NCBI RefSeq assembly: GCF_004010195.1 | Contig: NC_057757.1 | Location: 1,926,985 to 1,986,984, forward strand | From: Chiloscyllium plagiosum | Lineage: Eukaryota | Length of the DNA: 60,000 nucleotides | Reading direction: 5' to 3' | In this document: piece by piece, positions 1 to 12,814 of the stretch | Position numbering within the stretch: the first letter of the stretch is position 1 | How the letters are laid out: each line of letters opens with the position of its first letter | The notes under the pieces: model-generated | The model's input: only the letters and a program-made list of their open reading frames with translations | Databases searched by the model: none | What the model was told of the DNA's origin: nothing | Translations under genes and position numbers: made by a program

Positions 1-205
1 TGACCTAGTCCATTTGCTAGCATTTGGCCCATATCCTTCTAAACCCTTCCTCTTCATATACCCATCCAGATGTTGTAATTTAAACGTTGTAATTGTACCA
101 GCTTCCACCACTTCCTCTGGCAACTCATTCCATACATGCACCACCCTTTGCATGAACAAGTTAACCCTCGAGTCCTTTGAAAACGTTTCCCCACTCACCT
201 CAAAC
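1..205 (-). mobile_element. CR1 (HER1-like) LINE 3' fragment
   Basis: Same 3' sequence as the copies at 3141, 8243 and 9451 (ctagtccatttgc..ggcccatatcc..ccaccacttcctctggc). Confidence 0.85.
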
Positions 206-1349
206 CTACTGGTAGACTATGTCTCTTTTAGAGATTAATTTCCTGTGTGCTTTTTCAACAAACAATAAGACTGTCCTGACTTATTTTCACTGGAAGTAAA
301 TTCTTCCTTTCCTCAATCTTCTCTATTAAAGGAGCAGACACGACCTGCATGTGGATAGGTAATCATATTAGGGGAATTATATCCGACATACTTGAATGCC
401 AGGACGCAAGCACTGGTAATTTGTTTTTTTAAAAAATCATCATAACTCCTTCGATTGATCATCAAACCACAAGCAAATAATTGCAAATTGTTGCAGCTCA
501 TCACTATGACCAAATGTTAAAGCCTCTCAACAAGTTTGGTGTGGCTCGCATAATTCCAGTGACAAAATTCCTGGTGCAGACTCTCACATCAGACTTTCTT
601 GGGAGAATGACTGCTCAGCACTGAAGACACACTCCTAAATCAGAGACAGGTAATAATGTTACACCGAGTGCAGAAGCATTCCAGGCATTAAACATCTCTG
701 ATTGTAACTCGTGTAAAGACACTTTCCCCACAATTGGTACAGAATACAGTACTCAGTGATTTAATGCATAGGAGTCCATTATAACATTGATGCTTGGATC
801 TAAGGCTTAAAGTTACATTGTAGTTGGACTGCATTAAGAAGCCCCGTTTTCTTATGCCTTAACTAGCAAAATGAAGCCTTAAATAAAGACTGACCTCTTC
901 TGCAAGCTGAAACATTCCTAAGTTTGAAGCAAAATCATAGAATTTTCAACCACATCATTATGGACTAAAAAAAGGGTAATCTCAATAAACATTTTCCAAT
1001 ACTTAAAAAAGGATGCTACTTATCAAAGCTCTGTTTAGCATCATTCCAGACAGCTGCAGGAGTTTGCGAAAAGTCCATTGGCAGAATAAAGCTTGAAGGC
1101 TGGACACAAAATTCCACAAAAGAAAGTTGACAAAACAACTGTTTTGCATACTTTCAAACAGCTATTGAGACTTCCTTGTCTTAATGACAATTGTATATCA
1201 GAATTTTCAGCTGAAATGTATTTCAGGGATTCCACTGAGCGCATGTTTGTCCAAGACTATCACAGTAGGAACATGCTGAGCATGTCGACAGAAGCATCTG
1301 GGGCAACAACCTGGAGATATCAATACCAAGCACAAGCAACCAAGTCTAG

Positions 1350-1920
1350 TCATTCTTTTTTAAATTCATTCTTGGGACATAGGAGTGGGTGTCACTGGCT
1401 ATCCAGCATTTATTGCCCATCCCTAGCAGCCCTTGGGAAGTTCGTGGTGAGCTGTGTTCTTGAACTTATTGCAGTCCACTTGCTATGTGTTGACACACAA
1501 TATTGTTAGGGAGTGAATTCTGACCCAGCGACTTGGAAGTAACAACGATATATTTCCAACTCAGGATGGCGGGTAGCTTGGAGGGGAACTTGCAGGTGGT
1601 GGTATTCTCAAGTCTACTGCTCGTCATGGGTTTGCAAAGTACATCTAAGGATATTTGGTAAATTTCTGCAGTGCATCTGGTAGATAGTACACACTGCTGC
1701 TAGGCATCATGGAGGAGGAAATGGATGTTTGCAGATGTGGTGCCAATCAAGAGAGTTTCTTTGTCCTGGATGATCCCAAGCTTGAGTGTTGTTGGAGCTG
1801 CACCATCCAGGCAAATGGGGAGTACTCCATCACACTCCTGACTCATGCCTTGCAAACAATGTACAGTCTTTAAGATGTCAGGTGTTGAGTTACTCACAAT
1901 GGTAGTCCGAGCTTCTGACA
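1350..1920 (-). mobile_element. Older CR1/L2-group LINE 3' end
   Basis: Minus-strand remnant AAPTTLKLGIIQDK..LIGT..NIH of an ORF2 C-terminus; tail catttattgcccatccct. Confidence 0.75.
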
Positions 1921-2119
1921 TATAAATTTGAAGTCCAAAACCCACAAACATTTGTGCAAAAACATGATAGAAATTTTAGCCAATATTTTGAACAAAGAGG
2001 TTACGATCAGGAGCCAAAATCTTGGTTGATTACCAAATAGGAGAAACCAAGGCCCATTTAGTTTCCATACAACCCTTTTTCCATTTATTGGATTTAATCA
2101 CCAACCAAATCACTTTCTT

Positions 2120-2390
2120 ACAACAGTTCACATTTATATAGATACTTTAGTGCAGAATATCAAAGTGTTTCGCAGAGAATTAATCAGAGAAAAATTGGCA
2201 TCAGCCAAAAGTAAATCAGTAAGAAAATTGGTGACTAAACCTTGGTTAACAACAATTTACATTTAAGGAGCATTCTTAATGTGACAAAATGTTCCAAGGA
2301 CCTTCAAGAGGAGCATTATCAAACAAAATTCAACACCAAGCTACATTAAAGCAAAAAGACAAAATCTTGGTCAACATGGCTGGGTATTTT
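2120..2390 (-). mobile_element. Two degraded L2-type 3' tails
   Basis: Two repeats of the catttatatag..caagg..ttatcaaacaaaatt..cttggtcaa pattern. Confidence 0.5.
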
Positions 2391-2397
2391 TAAAAAA

Positions 2398-2810
2398 AAG
2401 ATTCATGGGCTGTGGACATTACAACGCCCTATTGCCCATTTCGAAATGCTTTGAAGTTGGTGAACTGCACAGGTCTTTGATCCAATTAGTGAAGAACCAG
2501 TGAAAAAGTTCCAAGTTAGAGATTTGGGGATTTGGAGAACTTGCAGGTGGTTTTGTTCTTATGCAGCTGCCGTATGCTCTTCCAAACTGTAACAATCGCA
2601 CACTTGCAAGGTGTTGTCTGGAGAAGCCTCGGAGTTAGTAGTGCACCTTGTAGATGGTATACACAACTGCCACTGTACATCAGTGCCAAAGGAAGTCATT
2701 GTTGAAGGTGGTGCATCAAGTGTCAAGCAAATGCACAGCTTTGTTCTGGATGGTATCAAGTTTGAGTGTTGATGCTGCACTCATCCAGGTTAGTACAGCA
2801 TATTCCATCT
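2398..2810 (-). mobile_element. Older CR1/L2-group LINE 3' end, same family as 1350-1920
   Basis: Shared blocks aacttgcaggtggt, gtagatggta..cac..ctgc and gctgca..atccagg. Confidence 0.7.
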
Positions 2811-2964
2811 ATAATAATTCAGGGAGCCTGACTGGAAAGGATAATTTATTGTTGAATGCCAAAATACAGTCATTGCTCATGACATATGTAAGTTGGTCCC
2901 AGCCAAGAACACACAGTTCTGCAGACTCATCCCTGTTTTTGCTTTTAGATATTTTCTGAATCAA

Positions 2965-3140
2965 CCAGCCCAGAGACTGTAGGACATCTCAAGAGCAGAT
3001 GGGTCTTGAATTCACACCACCTGGTTCAGAGGTAGGGACATTATCACTGCACCATAAGAACAGGTCTCCAAGTCTGCTTTACTGATATTTTTAATCAACC
3101 TGTTCAGAGACGCTGACACTTGTGGAGCAGGTAGGACTTA
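2965..3140 (-). mobile_element. Short tRNA-derived SINE remnants
   Basis: gagcag..ggg.cttgaa..ggttcagaggtagggac motif, also seen at 34965-35050. Confidence 0.45.
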
Positions 3141-5835
3141 AGAGTCAGAGATATACAGCATGGAAACATACCCTTCGGTCCAACTAGTCTAAGCCAACCA
3201 GATATCCCAACACAATCTAGCCCCACCTGCCAGCACCTGGCCCATATACCCATCCAATAGCCTCTTAAATGTTGCAATTGTACCAGCCTCCACCACTTCC
3301 TCTGGTAGCTCATTTCATACATGTACCACCCGCTGCATGAAATATTTGCCCCTTGGGTCTCTTTTATATCTTTCCCCTCTCAGCCTAAACCTATGCCCTC
3401 TAGTTCTGGACTCCCACACTCCAGGGAAAAGACCTTGCCTATTTACCCTATCCATGCCCCTCGTGATTTTATAAACCTCTAAGGTCACCCCTCAGCCTCC
3501 AATGCTCCAGGGAAATAAAGCCCCAGCCTATTCAACCTCTCCTTATAGCTCAAATCTCCAACCCTGGCAACATCTTTGTAAATCTTTTCTGAACCCTTTC
3601 AAGTTTCACAACATCCTTCCGATAGAAATGAGACCAGATTTGCACTCAATATTCCAACAGTGGCCTAACCAATGTCCTGTACAGCCGCAACATGACCTCC
3701 CAACCCCTGTACTCAATACTCTGACCAATAAAGGAAAGCGTACCAAATGCCTTCTTCAATATCCTTTTTACCTGTGACTCCACTTTCAAGGAGCTATGAA
3801 CCTGCACTCCAAGGTCTCTTTGTTCAGCAAAACTCCCTAGGACCTCACCATTAAGTGTATAAGTCCTGCTAAGATTTGCTTTCCCAAAGATGCAGCACCT
3901 CACATTTATCTAAATTAAACTCCATCTGCCACTTCTCAGCTCATTGGCCCACCTGATCAGATCCTGTTGTAATCTGAAGTAACCTTCTTCGCTTCCACTA
4001 CAATTCCAATTTTGCTGTCATCAGCAAACTTACTAACTATATACCTCCTATGTTCACTTCCAAATCATTTATACAAAAGGTGAAAAGTAGTGGACCCAGC
4101 ACCAATCCTTGTGACACTCCACTGGTTAAATGACTCCAGTCTGAAAAACAACCCTCCACCACCACCCTCTGTCTTCTACATTTCAGCCAGTTCTGTATCC
4201 AAATGGCTAGTTCTCCCTGCATTCCATGAGATCTAACCTTGGTCACCAGTCTCCCATGGGGAACCTTGTCAAACGCCTTACTGAAGTCCATATAGATCAC
4301 ATCTACCACTCTGCCCTCATCAATCCTCTTTGTTACTTCTTCAAAAATCTCAATCAAGTTCAAGAGACATGATTTCTCACGCACAAAACCATGTTGACTA
4401 CCCCTAATCAGTCCTTGCCTTTCCAAATACATGTATATCCTGCCCCTCAGGATTCCAACAACTTGCCCACCACCAACGTCAGGCTCACTGGTCTATAGTT
4501 CCCTAGCTTGTCCGTACCACCCTTTTTAAACAGTGGCACCACGTTAGCCAACCTGAGCCTTCCGGCACCTCACCTGTTACTATCGATGATACAAATAACT
4601 CAGGAAGAGACCCAGCAATCACTTCCCTAGCTTCCCACAGAGTTCTAGGGTACACATTATCAAGTCCTGGGGACTTATCTACTTTTATACGTTTCAAGAC
4701 ATCTAGCACCTCTTCCTCTGTAAAATGGACATTTTTCAAGATATCACCATCTATTTCCCTACATTCTACATCTTCCATGTCCTTTTCCACAGTAAATACT
4801 GATGCAAAATACTTGTAGCTGCCCCATCTCCTGCGGCTCCACACAAAGGCCACCTTGCTGACCTTTGAGGGGCCCTATTCTCTCCCTAGTTACCCTTTTT
4901 TCCTTAATGTATTCGTAAAAACCCTTAGGATTCTCCTTAACACTATTTGCTAAAGCTATTTCATGTCCCCTTTTTGCCCTCCTGATTTCCCTCATAAGCA
5001 TACTACTACAACCTTTATATTCTTTTAAGGATTCTCTTGATCTATTCGGTCTATACCTTACATATGCTTCCTTCTTTTTCTTAACCAAACCCTCAATTTC
5101 TTTAGTCATCCAGCATTCCCTATACCTACCAGCCTTTCCTTTCACCCGAACAGGAATATACTTTCTCTGGACTCTCATCATCTCATTTCTGAAGGCTTTG
5201 CATTTTCCAGCTGTCCCTTTATCTGCAAACATCTGCCCCCAATCAGCTCTTGAAAGTTCTTGCCTAATACCGTCAAAATTGGCCTTTCTCCAATTTAGAA
5301 CTTCAACTTTAGATCTGGTCTATTCTTTTCCATTATTTTAAATTTAATAGAATTATGGTCACTGGCCCCAAAGTGCTTCCCCACTGACACCTCAGTCACC
5401 TGCCCTGCCTTATTTCCCAAGAATAAGTCACGTTTTGCACCTTCCCCAGTAGGTACATCCATGTACTGAATCAGAAATTTTTCTTGTACACACTTAAATT
5501 CCTCTCCATCTAAACCCTTAACACTATGGCAGTCCCAGTCTATGTTTGGAAAGTTAAAATCCCCTACCATAACTACTCTATTATTCTTATAGATAACTGA
5601 GATCTCCTTACAAGCTTGTTTCTCAATTTCCCTCTGACTATTAGGGAGTCCATAATACAACTCCAATAAGGTAATCATCCCTTTCTTAATGCTCAGTCCC
5701 ACCAGAATAACTTCCCTGGATGTATTTTGGGGAATATCCTCCCTCAGTACAGCTGTAATACTATCCCTTATCAAAAACGCCACTCCCTCTCCTCTGTTAC
5801 CTCCCTTTCTGTAGCATTTGTATCCTGATATAGCT
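3141..5835 (-). mobile_element. 5'-truncated, frameshifted CR1 (HER1-like) LINE ORF2 (APE endonuclease + RT) with 3' tail
   Basis: ORF pieces VVMVGDFNFPNIDW..SDHN (endonuclease), KSPGLDNVYPR, QHGFVREKSC..IYMDFSKAFDKVPH..SGVSQGLVLGPLLF (RT) and LYRTLVRPLLEY. Confidence 0.95.
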
Positions 5836-6836
5836 AGAGAAAGCCCCTTAGGGTTTTTCTTGATCCTATCCGCCATCATGCAGTGTTGCTTGCTGTTTGA
5901 ATAGTGTTCTTGAAAAGATTTGTAGCTTGGTTTGATTATTGAGCAAACTGATGGGACCTCTATTTAATAAAAGCGCCTCCATCAATGCAACAATTTGCCA
6001 TTTGTTATTGTATTTGGCTCGTCTGGTTTAGGGCTTGGACCCCCGGCTGAATTCAGAAAAGAGTGCTTCAAGCAGATGCACTTTTCACTTCTCATTTCAG
6101 CAGTTGGGTAACAGTTTGTCAGTTTCTTCTTCCTTGCTGTGATCAACATTTTAAAGAAATTTTTTTTATATTTTACCAGTATATTGTAGCATTGCAATGT
6201 TGAAAGTGGACTACTACAAACAAATCAGTGACAAAGACCCAGCGAGGTCTGATTTCAGTGATATATAGTAAAAATAGGGCCCAATATGGAAGCAATTGCT
6301 AATAATTATTTGTTGTATCCTTTATCGAATAGGTATGCAGGGAATGTACTTTTCCTTTTAAGCTGTCAAATTGTGGTTAACAGCCTTTAAAACCATTGTC
6401 GTAGTTTACAACCCTGTCATGTGATTTGAATACAGAAAGTAACAATGGTGTAGCTTCTGAAGTACCCGGAGATGAGCAATGAAGAAACAATAGTGGAAAA
6501 GATACAGAAATATTGTCCCAAAATTGGTAAATGTCTCATTGTTAGACATTTCTGAAGTGATTTTTAGATACAGTGTAGGATTGCTGTTTTCCTTCTCATT
6601 ATTGGCTAGATTCACAGCCATTATAGAGTCTTTACAGCTTTGGTTTGAATTCTTGGATTTGACAGTACTGGCAGTCCACGGTCATGTATTGAGAATTTTG
6701 GAGACAGCTCAGTCGGTTCTATGAAACAGGATGATGCGATTTGTTGATGCAAGGGAACTGCTGTTGCTTTCTCCAAAATTCAAGACTCTTAGCAACATTA
6801 GGACACTTGACAGCAGGGCTGGAATGCCTTTATTTT

Positions 6837-7076
6837 GAGATGGGGCAGCTACAAGTATTTTGCATCAGTATTTACTGTGAAAAAGGACATGGAAGATGTA
6901 GAATGTAGGGAAATAGATGGTGATATCTTGAAAAATGTCCATTTTACAGAGGAAGAGGTGCTAGATGTCTTGAAACGTATAAAAGTAGATAAGTCCCCAG
7001 GACTTGATAATGTGTACCCTAGAACTCTGTGGGAAGCTAGGGAAGTGATTGCTGGGTCTCTTCCTGAGTTATTTGT
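6837..7076 (+). repeat. Inverted local duplicate of CR1 segment 4591-4830
   Basis: 240 bp matching the reverse complement of 4591-4830, with one substitution seen. Confidence 0.9.
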
Positions 7077-7270
7077 CATTTGCATCTCTGGCTTGTCCTA
7101 GGATGGATGTGTTGTCCCAGTCGAAGTGAGTAGAGAGAGGGTCATGTCGTTTTGTGGCTAGTTGATGACCCTCTCTCACTAGTATCCTTACATACAGATA
7201 AGGAAGGACGCCACTTCGACTGGGTCAACACATCCATTGTAGGACAAGCCAAAAGAGATGCAAATGACAA
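7073..7270. mobile_element. Penelope-like element fragment arranged as an inverted repeat
   Basis: 7073-7128 is the reverse complement of 7212-7270. Encodes pieces HQLATKRHDPLS and LVSLHTDKEGRHFDWVNTSIVGQAK, typical of the PLE GIY-YIG C-terminal region. Confidence 0.7.
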
Positions 7271-8030
7271 TGATTTCAGCAGAATTCACACACTAAGCAC
7301 CTCCAATTAGTGGATTATTCCAGACCATTATTTTCAGGGGTTTCATGGCTTATGTACATTATCAGTTGTTTGTTTGCAAAAACACAGACAAGCATCATTG
7401 TAGTAATGTTCCTTCCAACATGATGGTTTTGCTCTTTTCTGTTTGAATCTTTTTGTAATGTGGCTCTTTGTTTTGTATGTCTGAGGTATTATTTATGACC
7501 AAAACCTTAAAAATCAACAGGAATTTTCCTGTCTAGTTAAAACCTCAGACAATTTTCAACAACTGTTCTATAGTATATCTAAATTGTCCACTACAAAAGG
7601 AATGGCAGGCATGTTAGGCAATAATAATGTCTACTTCTTTAAAAAAAGAAGCCAAATAAACCCCTATAAAAAAAAAACTATCAGTGAAGCAAATGGAACA
7701 AGTAGCCTTCTGTCACCAAACCCATTAGCTTTCAACTCTTACACCTTAAATCACAAGCTTTGAGAATTACAATCTCACTTTTTGCTGTCAAGATTCAGAA
7801 TCAAGAGTCCAATCAGAAATAAAACTATTTCACTCAAACAACTTGAAGGTGTGTCTACATATTTACTGCTGTTTGCCATTCTTCTTGGCCAGAAATGATT
7901 TAAATGTATGAATTATATTTCAAGTGATACAGTATTTTTCTCAGCTTCAATAACAGCAAACCATAAGATGCTCAAGTAAATTGACCATATAAACAGATGT
8001 ACCACATCAATTTTAATATCAGTGCTTAGA

Positions 8031-8240
8031 GATGGAAGAAAGTGAGGACTGCAGATGCTGGAGATCAGAGCTGAAAATGTGTTGCTGGAAAAGCACAGCA
8101 GGTCAGGCAGCACCCAAGGAGCAGGAGAATCGACGTTTCGGGCATTCCTGAAGAAGGGCTCATACCCGAAACGTCGATTCTCCTGCTCCTTGGATGCTGC
8201 TTGACCTGCTGTGCTTTTCCAGCAACACATTTTCAGCTTA
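8031..8240. mobile_element. Penelope-derived palindromic element, family A
   Basis: ~80-bp arms (agctgaaaatgtgttgctggaaaagcacagcagg / cctgctgtgcttttccagcaacacattttcagct); gcttaga duplicated at 8024-8030 and 8236-8242. Confidence 0.85.
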
Positions 8241-8242
8241 GA

Positions 8243-8775
8243 ATCAGAGATGTACATCACAGAAACAGACCCTTCACTCCAACTCATCCATGTCAACCAG
8301 ATATCCTAAATTAATCTAGTCCCATTTACCAACACTTGGCCCATATCCCTCTAAACTCTTCTTAAGCATATACCAATCCAGGTGCCTTTAAATATTGTAT
8401 TTGTACCAGCCTCCATCACTTCCTCTGGCAGCTCATTCCATACATGCCCCACCCTCTGCATGAAAAGTTATCCCTCTGGTCCCTTTTAAACCATTCCTCT
8501 CTCACCTTAAACCTATGCCCTGCAGATTTGGACACCACCATCCCAGGAAAAAAGATCTTGTCTATTTACCCTATCCATGCCCCTCATGATTTTATAAACC
8601 TCTCTAAGGTCACCCCTCAGCCTACAAAGCTCCAGGGAAAATAGTCTCAGCCTATTCAGCCTCTCCCTATAGCTCAAACCCTCCAACCCTGGCAACACGC
8701 TTGTTAATCTTTTCTGAACCCTTTCAAGTTTCACAACATCCTTCCTATAGGAGGGGGACCATAAATGCACACAAT
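8243..8775 (-). mobile_element. CR1 LINE 3' fragment
   Basis: WSPSYRKDVVKLERVQKRL..LRGDLREVYKIMRG plus 3' tail. Confidence 0.9.
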
Positions 8776-9064
8776 TATTCCACCACACTTGTTTGGAGGC
8801 CATCCCTACTCCCAACATCCACAAGTCCTTCATAGCAAAAGGATAAACAAGCCCAACACTTTTCTGCTGAGGCAATCACAAGCACAACTCAGCCATTCAA
8901 ATATCTGATTTTTTTACACGTTGAAGGAACGCCTCAAAATTTGTTTAGTTCTTCCTTCTTTAAAGACTGATTAATTTCTGCACATCGCCTAATCCTACAC
9001 GTAACTGGAGAAGAATTCAAAGAATCGAAAACAAAAATGAATGAGGTTGAAACCAAGTTTATTG

Positions 9065-10141
9065 TGTCATGAATCAATCAAGAGTGTGCTGATAACTGAG
9101 TATTACTATTCAACAAACCATCACAAGTGTGTCACTACCAATTAAATCACCAAGATAATCCATTTGACCGATAGAGCAAAAGCAATTCATAACAGGTTTC
9201 ATCATTAACAGGAAAATAACTGTTTATTGGAAACAAACATCCTTCAACAACTCAAAAAAATGGACTACTAATTTATTACTATGTGGCTTAAGTTATACCC
9301 CTTTAAAACGCAAAATGCAAACAATTACTCATTCATATACAAGAATAAAAAAACAGGTTGACAAATATCATGGGTGAAAAAAATATTGATAGGTGAAAAC
9401 AAGTTCTGTAGTTCAAGAATCCAGACCACAGAGCGGAGAATTATTTCTTATAGTTATAGAGCCATAGAGATGTACAGTACCGAAACAAACCCTTCGGTCC
9501 AACTCCTCCATGCCAACCAGATATCCTGACCTAATCTAGTCCCATTTGCCAGCACTTGGCCCATATCCTTCCAAACCCTTCCTATTCATATCCCCATCCA
9601 GATGCCTTTTAAATACTGTAATTGTACCAGTCTCTACCACTTTCTCTGGCAGCTCATTCCATACACACACCACCCTCAGTGAAAAGGTTGCCCCTTTTAT
9701 CTCTTATATCTTTGTCTCCCCCCCCCCCCCCTAAACCTATGCCCTCTAGTTCTGGACTCCTCCACCCCAGGGAAAAGACCTTGTCTATTTATCCTATCAA
9801 TGCCCCTCATGATTTTATAAACCTCTATAAGGTCACCCCTCAGCCTCTGTCACTATAGGGAAACTCTTGGTTTTAGCATTATGACAATATTTCTGCAAAG
9901 ACTGATCGCTGATCTTTGAATCAATAGCTGAGCAGGTGGACCTTTAATTCTTTCTTTCAGTTTTTTTTTGTCTTTTCACTCAGAGTATGATGCTTCTTGT
10001 TTCCAGGCTCTGCATGTCTTGAGTGCACTGTGCTCACATATCTAACTAAACACAGATGAACCAATCCAAAAGCTATCCTTAGTCATTATTCACCTCAAAG
10101 ACTCCTGGTTCCACTATGTCTCAAAGTATTATGCTCTGACA
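9065..10141 (-). mobile_element. Possible degraded solo-LTR-like element interrupted by CR1
   Basis: Starts tgtcat and ends tgaca; 9065-9230 resembles the reverse complement of 12610-12776. Confidence 0.4.
9451..9865 (-). mobile_element. CR1 LINE 3' fragment
   Basis: Tail catagagatgtacag..cccttcggtccaact plus the ORF2 C-terminus. Confidence 0.9.
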
Positions 10142-10344
10142 AGTAACAAGTTTGTATGGCTAACGTGTACATCATATAATCCCACTCCACCTTCAAGTTG
10201 CAGAAGAAAACTCCTGAATTATTTTTAGCCACACCGCAGTGCCTGACCTCTGCTATCCAGCTTGTAATCCAAAAGGATACACTGCAACTTCACATGGAAT
10301 ATCTCCAAGTCCAATACTGAGTACTCTGCCTTAGAAACAGACAA

Positions 10345-11372
10345 AATAGAAGTAGGGCCTTTCAAGCTGGTCTGCCATTCAATATTATAATTGATCATCT
10401 AAATCAGTATCCTTTCCTGCTTTATCCTCATATCTTTTGATCCTTTTAGCCACAAGAACTATATCTAACCCCTTCTTGAAAACATTCAATGCATCAACCA
10501 TTTGTGCGGCAAAGAATTAAACAAGTTCATGATTCCAAGTGAAGAATTTCTCATCTCTGTCCTAAATGGCCTACGCCATATTCTTTAACTGTGACCATCA
10601 ATTCTTGACCCTCCGGCTATCAGGAACACCCTTCCTAATGTTTCCTATCTAGCCCTGTTAGAATTTCATAGGTTATGATGATATTTATGCCCCTGGCCCC
10701 CATCTTCTAAACTCCAGTGAATTTCGTCCTAACTAACCGAGTCTCCTCTCATACTTTAGATCTGCCAGTCCAGGAATCTCTCTGGTAAACCTTGTCACAC
10801 TTCCTCCATTGCCAGACATCCTTCCTCAGTTAAGGAGAACACAACTGCACACAACATTCCAGGTGTGGTCTTATCAAGGCCCCGTACAATTTCAGCAAGA
10901 TAGCTCTGCTCCTATACTCGAATTCTCTCACCATAAAAGGACAACATGCCATTTGTCGACTTCAGCACCTGTATGCTTACTTACAGTGACAAGGTCTCAT
11001 AGCATCTCCCCCTTCCTCAATCTATCCCTATTTAGATAATATTCTGCCTTCCTGTTTTTGCTACCAAATCAAAGTGGAAAATATCACATTTCATCTGCAT
11101 GCATTTTGCCACTCAACTTGTCCAAGCATCTCTCTATAGTTCACCCTCCCTTCCAACTGTGTCACCTGCAAACTTGGAGATATTGTACTTAGTTCACTCA
11201 CAAGTATTGTAAATAACTGGGTCAAAGCACTCATCCCTGTGATAGCCCATTAGTCACTGCATACCACTTGAAAGAAAGACCAGTTCATTCCTATTTTGTT
11301 TCCAGTCTGTCAAACAGTACTCTATCATTTCAATACACTATCCTTAGTCCCATGCAGTTTAATTTGACATGC
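10345..11372 (-). mobile_element. Older CR1 LINE 3' portion
   Basis: Degraded RT C-terminus (tcacctgcaaactt is the reverse complement of KFAxD) and a gccattcaatatt..atcatct tail. Confidence 0.75.
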
Positions 11373-11394
11373 CTTTTCAGTAGGTGACAACATC

Positions 11395-12776
11395 TGTCAT
11401 AAACCAGAGTTGAAAAATCCCTACAGAGGTTAGAAAACCAATGAAATCAATAAAAACGAACAATGACTTAGTCCAACATGTTTCAAACGTCTGACGAGCA
11501 CATTTGATATTCTCTTTCAAAATGCTCCAATCAACAGCAAATCAGTCACTGGCAGTAATTCACTCCAATGTTGAATCTCAAAAAACATTTTTACAATCCC
11601 AGCTACATTTGAAAAGATGTTTCCTTTCCATTATTCAACTGGATACAGTATAAAATAGATTTCCAGTATACATCGTAAAGATGACTTTTTTGGACAGTGG
11701 ACAAAAATCAATGGAGAAAGATATCACGTTATACGAAAGCAGCTGTGAAAGAAGGGGTTACAATTATAAAAAGCCAAGATACTGCGTTTCATTGATTTGT
11801 AGCTACAAAGTTACCTTACTTAAGCAGTGGGGTAGGATGCTAGACTCAATCAACAGAGAGAAAAAGAGAGAGGGGGAGAATGAGGGCGTGTGTGTGCATG
11901 CGCGCACACATGAACATGTGTCTGGGCCACAGATAGTCCGTTGATTGGTTTTTCAATTGAGCAGTTCATGCGAGCTCAGCAAAGTAACAACTTTTGATTG
12001 TAACAGTTGCCTTTGAACCAAACCCTGGAAACAGGAGAAGCCTGCAAAGTAAAAGCACCTAAATCTCACTCTCCTCTCCATTTGTGTGAAATAACAGAAA
12101 ATCACCTGGTAGCTGTTCTCACACCATTTTTCTGTCAACTATTCTCTGAAAATTCCCTTGCTGAAAGAAAAAAAAAGGGATTAAACCCTTTCAGTGGGAC
12201 CAAAAGTGTGAATCCTCAAGCAGTGAATTAAAGTCTGAGAATGAGGATAGCCACAATCTCATGTGATTAGCAAAGAATTGGAAAGAGGTGGGGAAAAAAA
12301 AACCCCATCTGAACTGGTGCCAGAACATTTTTCCTTCTTATGCACACAGAAAATAGATAGCAGGATTGAGTGTATGGGTATCAGGGTTAGAGTAGTGATG
12401 AAGGGCTCCTATCCAAAATGTTGATTTTCCTGCTCCTCAGATGCTGCCTGTTCTGTTGTGCTTTTCCAGCACTACTCTAATCTTGACTTTAATCTCTAGC
12501 ATCTGCAGTACCTACTTCTGCCTTGAATATAGGTGTGCCTGTTTGTATCTGTAGAAATTTTAAAAAGGGGGCAGAGTTTGAATTAAGTCAGCAAATCTTT
12601 TCTTTCTGGCTGCTGGATTTTGTCATCAAATGTTTTTTCCTTGTTAATGGAAAACTTAGTGTGCATATTCTTTTAATCTGAATTGGACAATTTGGTGGTT
12701 TAAATTTTCATATTTGTGACAACTCTGGAAATAGTGAGGCTTGGTTTCCAACACACTACCCCAGTAGGTCATGACA
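11395..12776 (+). mobile_element. Possible solo-LTR-like element containing a family-A remnant (12393-12520)
   Basis: Inverted termini tgtcat..atgaca; its 3' part resembles the element at 9065. Confidence 0.4.
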
Positions 12777-12814
12777 GTATCACAGATATGCTTGTAACGA
12801 GCATTTCTGTCACT

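Noticed and set aside
1093..1509. 138-aa plus-strand ORF
   Set aside because: Non-ATG start, no recognisable domain, and its 3' part is antisense LINE sequence.
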